A DNA stretch of 64,000 nt from an uncultured Synergistaceae bacterium (GTDB lineage: Bacteria; Synergistota; Synergistia; Synergistales; Aminobacteriaceae). The notes under the pieces are model-generated. The model saw only the letters and a list, made by a program, of their open reading frames with translations, did no database searches and had not been told where the DNA came from. Every line of letters starts with the position of its first letter. The first letter of the stretch is position 1. Positions 33,097 through 41,815 of this stretch are shown piece after piece. The stretch is from positions 317-64,316 of the forward strand of contig CAYVKE010000006.1 in the NCBI GenBank assembly GCA_964451935.1, written 5' to 3'. A program made the position numbers and the translations under genes.

Positions 33097-34837
33097 TCTC
33101 CGATCCGTTATCGATGTGCGGATTCGCCTGTGCCGTTTCCTGATGATCCTTACGGCGACGCTGCTCGTTCTCGGTTTATACTTCTTCCAGATCCTCCACG
33201 CGGACAAGTACATCAAACTCGCTTGGGACAATCGGTTGCGGCTGATCCGCATCCCCTCGTCGCGGGGCGAAATATTCGATCGGAACGGCTCTCCCCTTGC
33301 CGTCAACATAACGACATTCGATATCCTCGGGTATCCGCTCGACCTCGAAAAGCCCGGGATGATCGAGCGGCTTTCGCTTGTCTTCAACAAACATGGGTTC
33401 CCCATAGACCCGGAGAATCTGTCGGCGACGATCAAGCGACAATTCTGGACGCCGTACAGGGTCGTGCGCGTGATAACGAATCTGACGCTTCCCCAGATGG
33501 CGGATCTTGTCGCCGATCCCAATTTCCCCACGCAGTGCTTCCCGATGGCCGTGTGGCGCCGGACCTACCCTGCCGGAAGCCTCGTCTCGAATGTCATCGG
33601 ATATGCGGGAGAGATCAGCGAGAACGAACTCCGGCAAAAAACGGAAGGGGACTATCTCGGCGGCGATCGGATCGGCAAGGGGGGCATAGAGGCCTTCTAT
33701 GAGCAATCCCTACGGGGGAGGGCAGGCGAAGAATCCATCGAAGTGGATGCACGGGGACGCCGCATGCGCAGCATCGATTATCGTCCTCCGCTCCGGGGGC
33801 GGAATATCAAACTGACGCTCGATCTCGGGGCGCAACGTCTCGCCGCGGATCTTCTCAAAGGACTGAGAGGAGCGGTGGTGGTGATGGACGCGCACACCGG
33901 AGGGATTCTGGTTTTGTGCACGTCGCCGTCCTATGACAACAACCCCCTTTCATGGGGGATCTCGGCGAAGGAATGGAGCGCTCTCACCGACGATCCGCTG
34001 CATCCGATGATGGATCGTTCGATTGCGGGCGTATATCCTCCCGGTTCGACGTTCAAGGCGATGGTCGCGCTAGCGGCTTTGGAGGAAAAAGAAGTGACGA
34101 CCGCCACGTCGTTTTTTTGCGCCGGAGAATTCCAGCTCGGGACACGGACGTTCAAATGTTGGAAACACTGGGGACATGGGACGGTTCGTCTTGTGACGGC
34201 GTTACAGGATTCCTGTGATGTATACTTCTATCAGGTCGGGCTTCGGCTCGGCATCAATCGTCTTGTCGAATGGGGGCGGCGTTTCGGGCTGGGGGCGCGC
34301 ACCGGAATCGACATCCCCGGAGAGGCGGAAGGAAACATCGCGGGCATCGAATGGAAGAAGGAACGATTCCGCGAACCGTGGTATAAAGGAGACACCGTCA
34401 ATTATTCGATCGGTCAGGGATTTCTCCTCATGACGCCCCTGCAGATCGCGAGAATGTACGCCTTTTTCGCAAACGGAGGGCGTCTGGTGACGCCGTATCT
34501 TGTGGAGAGCAGCAGGGTTCCTCCGCTTCCGATCGCACATTCGCCTGCGAATCTCGATGCCGTCCGCCGGGGCCTGCAGGATGTCGTCCGACAGGGAACC
34601 GGGTGGCGCGCCGGAACGTACGGCGTGACCGTCGCGGGGAAGACCGGCACATCGCAGAATGCGCACGGAAACGACCATGCCCTTTTCGCCGGATATGCCC
34701 CTGCGGACCGTCCGCGGTATGTGGCGGTGGCCGTCATCGAGGCCGGGGAACACGGCAGCAGCGTCGCTTCCCCGATCGTCGGACAGGTTCTTTCGTATCT
34801 TCTCGTCAGGGATTTTCCCGGCGATGTCGTCCCGTGA
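33089..34837 (+). CDS. mrdA: penicillin-binding protein 2 (elongasome transpeptidase)
   Basis: A TM anchor, a dimerisation domain, then STFK, SCD (an SxN variant) and KTGT motifs. The ATG overlaps the mreD stop. Confidence 0.9.
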   Translation: MSDLRSVIDVRIRLCRFLMILTATLLVLGLYFFQILHADKYIKLAWDNRLRLIRIPSSRGEIFDRNGSPLAVNITTFDILGYPLDLEKPGMIERLSLVFNKHGFPIDPENLSATIKRQFWTPYRVVRVITNLTLPQMADLVADPNFPTQCFPMAVWRRTYPAGSLVSNVIGYAGEISENELRQKTEGDYLGGDRIGKGGIEAFYEQSLRGRAGEESIEVDARGRRMRSIDYRPPLRGRNIKLTLDLGAQRLAADLLKGLRGAVVVMDAHTGGILVLCTSPSYDNNPLSWGISAKEWSALTDDPLHPMMDRSIAGVYPPGSTFKAMVALAALEEKEVTTATSFFCAGEFQLGTRTFKCWKHWGHGTVRLVTALQDSCDVYFYQVGLRLGINRLVEWGRRFGLGARTGIDIPGEAEGNIAGIEWKKERFREPWYKGDTVNYSIGQGFLLMTPLQIARMYAFFANGGRLVTPYLVESSRVPPLPIAHSPANLDAVRRGLQDVVRQGTGWRAGTYGVTVAGKTGTSQNAHGNDHALFAGYAPADRPRYVAVAVIEAGEHGSSVASPIVGQVLSYLLVRDFPGDVVP

Positions 34838-34855
34838 GACAAAGGAGGATCCGGA

Positions 34856-35569
34856 ATGGTTGCGTCATCGACAGGAACGGAACCGAACATGCTTCCGCCC
34901 GATCGTGAGGGGCGCATCGTCTTCAAGGGCGCGCGGGATCACGTTCGAATGATCGTCCCGGAAACCATGGAAGAGCAGTCGCTTATACACGAAATCGTCT
35001 CCATGCACTCCAAAACCTCTGAGATTCTCGGAGGAATGGGAGTGGTCCTTGATTTTCAGGGGCGGAAAATCGGAGAGGACGGGCTTTCCCGCCTCTTGCA
35101 GGCTCTGTGGCGTTCCGGGATGCGCGTGTTGTCCTGGATCGCCTATGACCTCGAGACGCAGAACCTGCTGAAGTCGATCGGCGTTCATGTCGGAGAATAC
35201 CGCGCTCCCGTCTCCAGGGAAGCCGGCTCTTCCGCGCCGCCTCTGGCTCTCGCGCATTCGCTTCGGTCGGGGCAGAGAGTCGAGCACGACGGCGATATCA
35301 TTATTGTCGGACATGTCAATGACGGGGCGGAGATCCTTGCCGGGGGCAGCGTCGTGGTCTGGGGACGACTCAAGGGACTTGCGCACGCGGGATTGAACGG
35401 CGCGTCCGGGCATTTCATCGTCGCAGGAGCGTTCGAGGCGAAGCAGATTCGCATCGGAAGCAAAGTCGGATCGTACCTCGGTATGGAAAAAGAATGGTGG
35501 GGACGGCCGGTGGTTGTTCTCCTGGAAAATGATTCTCTGATGGTCAGAGATCTGAAGATAGAGCGATGA
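34856..35569 (+). CDS. minC: septum site-determining protein MinC
   Basis: A C-terminal beta-helix segment LRSGQRVEHDGDIIIVGHVNDGAEILAGGSVVVWGRLKG. SD AAGGAGGA. Confidence 0.8.
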   Translation: MVASSTGTEPNMLPPDREGRIVFKGARDHVRMIVPETMEEQSLIHEIVSMHSKTSEILGGMGVVLDFQGRKIGEDGLSRLLQALWRSGMRVLSWIAYDLETQNLLKSIGVHVGEYRAPVSREAGSSAPPLALAHSLRSGQRVEHDGDIIIVGHVNDGAEILAGGSVVVWGRLKGLAHAGLNGASGHFIVAGAFEAKQIRIGSKVGSYLGMEKEWWGRPVVVLLENDSLMVRDLKIER

Positions 35570-35593
35570 ATTGCAGAAACGGGGTGGAAAGAG

Positions 35594-36400
35594 GTGGCGG
35601 CACGGGTCATAGTTGTAACTTCGGGTAAGGGCGGCGTCGGCAAGACGACGACGACCGCGAATATTTCGGTAGCCCTCGCCCGGAGCGGATTCAAGGTGGT
35701 CGCGATCGATGCGGACATAGGACTGCGAAACCTCGATGTGATGATGGGTCTGGAAAACCGGATCGTCTATACGTTCGTCGATGTTCTCGACGGTGTTTGT
35801 CGTTTGCCTCAGGCGCTCGTGCGGGACAAGCGTGTCGATTCGCTGTACCTGCTTCCCGCCGCACAGACGAGGACGAAGGACGCTGTTTCTCCCGAACAGA
35901 TGTCCGACCTGTGTGCAATGCTCCGGCCGGATTTCGATTTTATTCTGCTCGACAGTCCGGCAGGGATCGAGGGAGGGTTTCGGAACGCCGCCGTCGGCGC
36001 CGATGAGGGGCTGGTTGTGACAACCCCTGAAGTCCCGGCCGTACGGGATGCGGACAGGATTATCGGCATGCTGGAATCCATGGGGAAGAAACCTATCAGG
36101 CTCATTCTCAACCGTCTGAAGGCGCATTTGATCCGGGAAGGGGAAATGCTTGATATAAAGGATGTTCTCGATATTCTGGCGATTCCACTGATCGGCATCG
36201 TCCCCGAAGATGAATGCGTCGTGAAGTCGGCGAACCGCGGGGAGCCGCTGACGTTCTCCGACGCTTCGCCTGCGGCGAAAGCCTTTCGCAACATTGCGGA
36301 TCGCATCGCCGGAAAAGAGGTCCCATTTCTGAAGCTGGATGAACAGACGAACGGCAGCTTTCTTTCCGGCATCAAACGCTTGTTCGGGCTGAGCAGATGA
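35594..36400 (+). CDS. minD: septum site-determining ATPase MinD
   Basis: Deviant Walker A SGKGGVGKTTTT, with LDSPAGIE. Confidence 0.95.
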   Translation: MAARVIVVTSGKGGVGKTTTTANISVALARSGFKVVAIDADIGLRNLDVMMGLENRIVYTFVDVLDGVCRLPQALVRDKRVDSLYLLPAAQTRTKDAVSPEQMSDLCAMLRPDFDFILLDSPAGIEGGFRNAAVGADEGLVVTTPEVPAVRDADRIIGMLESMGKKPIRLILNRLKAHLIREGEMLDIKDVLDILAIPLIGIVPEDECVVKSANRGEPLTFSDASPAAKAFRNIADRIAGKEVPFLKLDEQTNGSFLSGIKRLFGLSR

Positions 36401-36422
36401 CCGCGAAACGGAGAGAAGAGGA

Positions 36423-36695
36423 ATGAAAGATTTCTTTCAGCGGCTGTTCGGGAAAAAGGGATCGGGAACGATTGCAAAGGAACGTCTTCAGCTGGTTCTG
36501 ATTCATGATCGGACTGATATCTCCCCGGAGCTGCTCAATTCCCTGAGAACCGATCTGATAGAGGTTATTTCGAAATATATGGAAATCGATTCTTCAAAAA
36601 TAGAAATGGATCTTGACCGGGCTGACCGTTCAGTCGCCCTCGTGGCCAATATCCCGATTATTCGCGTCAAGCGGGGGAGCAAGCTCGAAGAGTAG
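36423..36695 (+). CDS. minE: cell division topological specificity factor MinE
   Basis: KERLQLVLIHDR is typical of MinE. The protein is 90 aa and follows minD. Confidence 0.9.
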   Translation: MKDFFQRLFGKKGSGTIAKERLQLVLIHDRTDISPELLNSLRTDLIEVISKYMEIDSSKIEMDLDRADRSVALVANIPIIRVKRGSKLEE

Positions 36696-36707
36696 GGTGC
36701 GCTGCAA

Positions 36708-37817
36708 ATGGATGATCAGAAAACAGGTTTTTTCGATTCTCTGAGGCAGCTGGATTGGGTTTGCCTCGTCCCGGCTTTGTTTTTGTTTTTTGTAGGGATT
36801 ATTACGGTGTACAGCGCCGGCGGCGGCATGGACGGGCGCGGCGGATTCTTCGCGTTGCGACAGGTTCTGTGGGGCGGCGTAAGCGTCGGAACGTTTCTTT
36901 TTTTTCATACGGTCGGATACAAGAAGCTCCTGAATCTGGCGTATCCCATTTATGGCGGCATCCTCGCGCTTCTTTTTGTCGTTCTCATGGTCGGAATGAC
37001 GGTTAAAGGGTCCCAGAGCTGGTTTTATCTCGGTCCGGCCCGACTTCAGCCGTCCGAAATCGGCAAAATTGCGCTCGCTCTTCTGTTGGCGAAACATCTC
37101 TGCCGATATCCTCCCGTAACGTTCGCCGCGTTTTCCTCCGGCGCGTTGCTGGCAGGACTGAGCTGTCTTCTGGTGCTTGCCCAGCCGGATATGGGGAGCG
37201 CGCTGGTGTATGCGGTGATGATATTCGTCGGGCTGGTCGTCGCGGGAACTCCGAAAAGATTTCTCGCGGGCGTCTGCGTTCTTGGCCTTGTCTCCCTGCC
37301 GGTCGGCTGGCAATTTCTGAAGGAGTACCAGAAAATGCGGATCCTCGTGTTTCTCGACCCTTCCGTTGATCCGCTGGGCGCCGGGTATAACGTGATTCAA
37401 TCGCGAATAGCCGTTGGCTCCGGAGGCCTGTGGGGGAAGGGCTTCATGCACGGGTTGCAGAGCAAGCTCCGGTTTCTTCCCGAACCGCATACGGATTTCG
37501 CTTTCAGCGTTTTTTCCGAAGAATTCGGCTTTGTCGGAACCGTTCTTGTCCTGGCGCTTTTCAGTCTGCTGCTCTGGAGATGTATCGAAGTCGGGCTTCG
37601 AAGCAAGGATGCCCGCGCAAAGATTCTTGTCGCCGTACTTTCCTCGTGGATCTGGTTTCAGATGGCCGAAGGGATCGGCATGAGCATGGGAATTCTTCCT
37701 GTGACAGGACTTCCTCTTCCGTTCATGAGTTACGGGGGAAGTTCCCTGGTCGCTCTGTCCGCCGCTTTGGGGCTGGTGACGAGCGTCTACCGGACGACGC
37801 TAAAATCTTATGAATGA
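36708..37817 (+). CDS. rodA: SEDS-family peptidoglycan glycosyltransferase RodA
   Basis: LQPSEIGKIAL, a LPEPHTDFAFSV-type motif and GLPLPFMSYGGSS. Confidence 0.88.
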   Translation: MDDQKTGFFDSLRQLDWVCLVPALFLFFVGIITVYSAGGGMDGRGGFFALRQVLWGGVSVGTFLFFHTVGYKKLLNLAYPIYGGILALLFVVLMVGMTVKGSQSWFYLGPARLQPSEIGKIALALLLAKHLCRYPPVTFAAFSSGALLAGLSCLLVLAQPDMGSALVYAVMIFVGLVVAGTPKRFLAGVCVLGLVSLPVGWQFLKEYQKMRILVFLDPSVDPLGAGYNVIQSRIAVGSGGLWGKGFMHGLQSKLRFLPEPHTDFAFSVFSEEFGFVGTVLVLALFSLLLWRCIEVGLRSKDARAKILVAVLSSWIWFQMAEGIGMSMGILPVTGLPLPFMSYGGSSLVALSAALGLVTSVYRTTLKSYE

Positions 37818-37840
37818 GAGAAATGGAGTTTTGAGACGCG

Positions 37841-39673
37841 ATGTTCGATGATTTCGACGATCCCTATTGGCCGCTTCTTTCCGAAGTCAAACGCCCGTCC
37901 AGGTATGTCGGGTGCGAATGGGGAGCCGGCCTTCCGGTGAAAGAAAACGCGCCCGTTCGATTCTGCCTTGCTTTCCCCGATGTCTACGAGATCGGAATGA
38001 GTTATGTCGGGTATCAGATCCTGTATCCTCTCCTCAAAAGCCTCCCGGGAGCGGATGCCGAAAGGGCGTACTGTCCCTGGATCGATATGGAGCAGCAGTT
38101 GCGGATACACAACCTTCCCCTGACATCCATAGAAACGCGGCGCCCTCTTTCCGCTTTCGACGTCGTGGGGTTTACGCTTCAATATGAGTTGAGCTATACG
38201 AATATCCTGACGATGCTTGATCTCGGGGGAATTCCGCTTTTCGCCGACGAGAGAAGCGATGACGATCCGCTCGTCATCGCCGGAGGGCCGGGCGCGATGA
38301 CGCCCGAACCCGTTGCGCCGTTTTTTGACGTGGTCTGTATAGGAGACGGGGAAGCAACGTTGCCGGCTCTCGTACGTCGTCTCGTCGGGACGACGGGGCG
38401 TTCGCGATCGGAGAGGCTGGATGCGCTCGCCGATCTTCCGGGCGTCTACCTTCCGGGACGGTCGCACGCCGAATTCGGTCCCGACGGATGCGTGATCCGT
38501 TCGTCGCAGTCCCTTCCGATACGACGGGCGACGCTGACTACCATGAAGGGGGCTTTTTTGTCGGACGGACTTCTCGTTCCGTCTGCGAGCGTTGTGCATG
38601 ACAGAATCCCGATTGAACTCTTTCGCGGCTGTACGCGGGGATGTCGCTTCTGCCAGGCCGGAATGCAGTACCGGCCGATACGTGAGCGGCCCGTAGAGGA
38701 GATTGTGGACGCTCTGCTTCGCTGGACGGAGAAGACCGGCTGGGAGGAAATCGGCCTCGTTTCGCTTGCGTCATGCGACTACAGCGGCCTGAAAGACGTT
38801 ATGGAACGACTGAAGCCGATGCTCGAACAGAAACGCGTGAAGCTGAGTCTGCCGAGCCTGCGGATGGATGCGTTTTCCGTCGGCCTCGCCGCGGCGCTCG
38901 AGCCCGTCAGGCGCGGAGGGTTGACGTTTGCGCCCGAAGCCGGGACGCAGCGGCTGCGGAATGTCATCAACAAAGGCGTCTCCGACGAGGATATCGAATC
39001 CACGCTGGAAGCTGCCTTCTCCCGCGGCTGGGAGCGGATCAAGCTCTACTTCATGATGGGGCTGCCGACGGAAACCCGCGAGGATCTCGAGGGAATTGCG
39101 AAAATCTCGGAACGCGCCGCCGCAATCGGACGCGCGCACAAAAAACGTACGGAAATAGCGGTATCGATCGCCGGCTTCGTCCCGAAACCGCATACGCCCT
39201 TCCAATGGGAAAAACAGGCGACCGTCGAAGAACTCTCCGAACGCGGCAGATTCGTCAAGAGACTGGTGAACAACCGTCATGTGACAGTGCGGTATCACGA
39301 AAGCGAACAGACATGGCTCGAAGGCGTCTTCGCGCGTGGGGACCGAAGACTTGCCGGGGTGATTCATGAGGCGTGGAAGGCCGGCGCGCGTTTCGACGGA
39401 TGGACCGAGACGTTTCGTCCCGACGTTTGGCGGGCGGCGTTCGTTGCGGGCGGCGTCGATCCTGACTGGTGCGTTCGCAGAGAACGCACGCGCGACGAGC
39501 CGTTCCCGTGGGACCATATCGATATCGGCGTGACGCGGCAGTATCTCTGGCGCGAACGCGAACGCTCGATGGACGGACTGCTGACGCCCGACTGCCGTTT
39601 TGGAGAGTGCCACGGGTGCGGCTGGGAACGGAACGGATGCGCCGTTTTCGAGCGAAAGACGGCCGACGCGTGA
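37841..39673 (+). CDS. radical SAM protein (TIGR03960-like, B12-binding-like N-terminal domain)
   Basis: ELFRGCTRGCRFCQAGMQYRP provides the CxxxCxxC 4Fe-4S motif. The protein is 610 aa and is followed by its usual partner gene. Confidence 0.8.
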   Translation: MFDDFDDPYWPLLSEVKRPSRYVGCEWGAGLPVKENAPVRFCLAFPDVYEIGMSYVGYQILYPLLKSLPGADAERAYCPWIDMEQQLRIHNLPLTSIETRRPLSAFDVVGFTLQYELSYTNILTMLDLGGIPLFADERSDDDPLVIAGGPGAMTPEPVAPFFDVVCIGDGEATLPALVRRLVGTTGRSRSERLDALADLPGVYLPGRSHAEFGPDGCVIRSSQSLPIRRATLTTMKGAFLSDGLLVPSASVVHDRIPIELFRGCTRGCRFCQAGMQYRPIRERPVEEIVDALLRWTEKTGWEEIGLVSLASCDYSGLKDVMERLKPMLEQKRVKLSLPSLRMDAFSVGLAAALEPVRRGGLTFAPEAGTQRLRNVINKGVSDEDIESTLEAAFSRGWERIKLYFMMGLPTETREDLEGIAKISERAAAIGRAHKKRTEIAVSIAGFVPKPHTPFQWEKQATVEELSERGRFVKRLVNNRHVTVRYHESEQTWLEGVFARGDRRLAGVIHEAWKAGARFDGWTETFRPDVWRAAFVAGGVDPDWCVRRERTRDEPFPWDHIDIGVTRQYLWRERERSMDGLLTPDCRFGECHGCGWERNGCAVFERKTADA

Positions 39674-40305
39674 AAAAGATCAGACTGGCGTTTTCGAAGC
39701 GGCGAAGGGCTTGCTTCATTCCCCATATCGCGTTGCCGTCGCTCTTTTCCAGAGCCGCATCCCGCGCAGGAATCCGTTTCGTGAGAACCGAAGGGTTTTC
39801 TCCTCGTCCGAAGCTCAGCCTCGGACCGGAGCTTCCCGTAGGAGTCGTTGCGCTCTGCGAGCCCATGGATGTATGGCTTGAAGAATGGGATCCCGAATTG
39901 TTCCCGCTCTGGCGGGACGCGCTTCCCGAGGGCGTCTCCTTCTCCGGATGGACGGAAGATCCGCAGGGAACCTTGGGAACCGCGTGCGAGGCGGCCTTAT
40001 ATCTGTTGCGCGTCAGGGACGAAACGGCGCGTCGCTCGATTCGCGAGGGGTATCCGTGGCCTGAATGGGTTCGTGAATCGGATTGCCGTGATGAGTGGTT
40101 CCGGATCGTAACGGAACGTCCGGGAGAGCACGGCCCGGGCGTTCTCGTCCGCGGATTGCTGGAATTCGGCGGACTGCCGAGCTGGGCTGACGTGAACGTC
40201 GTTCGGCTCGTTGTCGGGAGGCTCACACCGGTCGAAGGGCCAACCGCGAACGAACGGGTCCTCCCTCTCGTTCGCGGTGACGCCGGGGAGAATTATGGCC
40301 AATAA
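39670..40305 (+). CDS. radical SAM-linked protein (DUF2344/TIGR03936-like)
   Basis: KIRLAFSKRRRACFIPHIALPSLFSRAASRAGIRF...FSPRPKLSLGPELPVG. The GTG start overlaps the upstream stop as GTGA. The track start 39469 is an over-extension. Confidence 0.7.
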   Translation: MKKIRLAFSKRRRACFIPHIALPSLFSRAASRAGIRFVRTEGFSPRPKLSLGPELPVGVVALCEPMDVWLEEWDPELFPLWRDALPEGVSFSGWTEDPQGTLGTACEAALYLLRVRDETARRSIREGYPWPEWVRESDCRDEWFRIVTERPGEHGPGVLVRGLLEFGGLPSWADVNVVRLVVGRLTPVEGPTANERVLPLVRGDAGENYGQ

Positions 40306-40324
40306 CGTGCCCTGGAGGGTGAAG

Positions 40325-41815
40325 ATGGATCGAAAGATCGTCGCAAACACGATCGATGCGGAGGAAACGAGAGTCGCCATCGTCGAAGACGGCCGGCTCG
40401 TCGATATATTCATCGAACGAATGTGGGAACGCCAGCGGGCCGGAGAGATCTACAAGGCGCGTGTCGAAAGCGTCTTGCCCGGGATTCACGCCTCTTTCGT
40501 CAACCTCGGAGACGGCCGGAATGCGTTCTTGTATCTGAACGATGCGAAAGGACTCAACCTGCAGCCGAATACCGAGGTTGTCGTTCAGGTTGTCAAGGCC
40601 GCGCGAAAAAACAAGGGGGCGCGGGTGACATCCCGGATTTCCCTCCCCGGCCGGTATCTCGTGCTTGTGCCCAATGGCCAGGAGTCCGGCGTTTCGAAAC
40701 GGATTACGGACGAGGAGGAACGCAAGCGGCTTCGGAGCATCGCCCGGGAGCTGCGGCACGAGGGATGCGGTCTCATTGTCCGGACGGCGGCCGAAGGCGT
40801 TGACGCCGAAGTGCTTCGCCACGACATGGAGACGTTGGAATCCCTGTGGAGCGAAATTCAGCACAACGCCGGACTGCAAACCGCTCCGTGCCTGATCTAC
40901 AGGGATATCGGCCTCGTCGGGAAGGTCCTTCGGGACGAACTGACGGATTCCGTCTCCGAGATCATCGTTGACGGCGAAGAGGAATACCGCCATATCGGGG
41001 AATATGTGAATTCCTTCTTCTCCCGGAATCGTCCCGATCTTTCGCTGCACCGGGGACCGACGCCGCTTTTCGAGTTCTACGGTCTCGAAAAGGAACTTGA
41101 AACCGCACTGGAGAGAAAGGTCTGGCTCCGTTCCGGCGCGTATCTCATCATCGACCACACCGAAGCGTTGACCGTGATCGACGTGAACACGGGGAAATTC
41201 GTGGGGGAGACGGATCTCCGGCACACCGTGGTCGAAACGAATCTCGAAGCGGTTGACGAGATCGCACGACAGCTCAGGCTTCGAGCGATCGGAGGAATCG
41301 TCGTCATCGACTTCATCGATATGGAGTATGAGGAAGACAGGGCCGAACTGTTGCGGCGTCTGGAAAACGCCTTCCAGGGAGACCGCTACAGGGCGCGTGT
41401 TTTTGGGGTCAGCAGGCTGGGGCTGGTCGAAATCACGCGGAAGCGCGCCCGGCCCGATATCCGTTCCGTTCTGACCCGCGGCTGCCCCTTCTGCGGGGGC
41501 TACGGCTGGGTCCAGAAAGAGGATACCGTGGCGCTTTCCATCAAACGGTTTCTCCGGAAAGTCTCCGGCGCAAATCGCTCCGAAGCCGTCCTGGTCGAAG
41601 CGAACGCAGCCATTGCACGGTACGTCGCGGAAACCTACCTCACGCTGTGGGAATCCGAACTGGAGCGAAGGATCATTCTCCTCGAACGGGAAGACTTCCC
41701 CTGGGGGCGGTATCGGCTCGAAGCCCAGGGAACCCGGGAGCAGATGGAGCGACGGCTCGACCAGATGCTGAAGCGGGAGGTTTCCCTGGTTGTTCATCGA
41801 ACGCCTGCGCCTTAA
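40325..41815 (+). CDS. rng: ribonuclease G/E family endoribonuclease
   Basis: An S1 domain (GEIYKARVESVLPGIHASFVNLGDGRNAFL) and a catalytic core (LIIDHTEALTVIDVNTGKF, GGIVVIDFIDM). GGAGGG lies 5 nt before ATG 40325. An alternative start is ATG 40295. Confidence 0.88.
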   Translation: MDRKIVANTIDAEETRVAIVEDGRLVDIFIERMWERQRAGEIYKARVESVLPGIHASFVNLGDGRNAFLYLNDAKGLNLQPNTEVVVQVVKAARKNKGARVTSRISLPGRYLVLVPNGQESGVSKRITDEEERKRLRSIARELRHEGCGLIVRTAAEGVDAEVLRHDMETLESLWSEIQHNAGLQTAPCLIYRDIGLVGKVLRDELTDSVSEIIVDGEEEYRHIGEYVNSFFSRNRPDLSLHRGPTPLFEFYGLEKELETALERKVWLRSGAYLIIDHTEALTVIDVNTGKFVGETDLRHTVVETNLEAVDEIARQLRLRAIGGIVVIDFIDMEYEEDRAELLRRLENAFQGDRYRARVFGVSRLGLVEITRKRARPDIRSVLTRGCPFCGGYGWVQKEDTVALSIKRFLRKVSGANRSEAVLVEANAAIARYVAETYLTLWESELERRIILLEREDFPWGRYRLEAQGTREQMERRLDQMLKREVSLVVHRTPAP

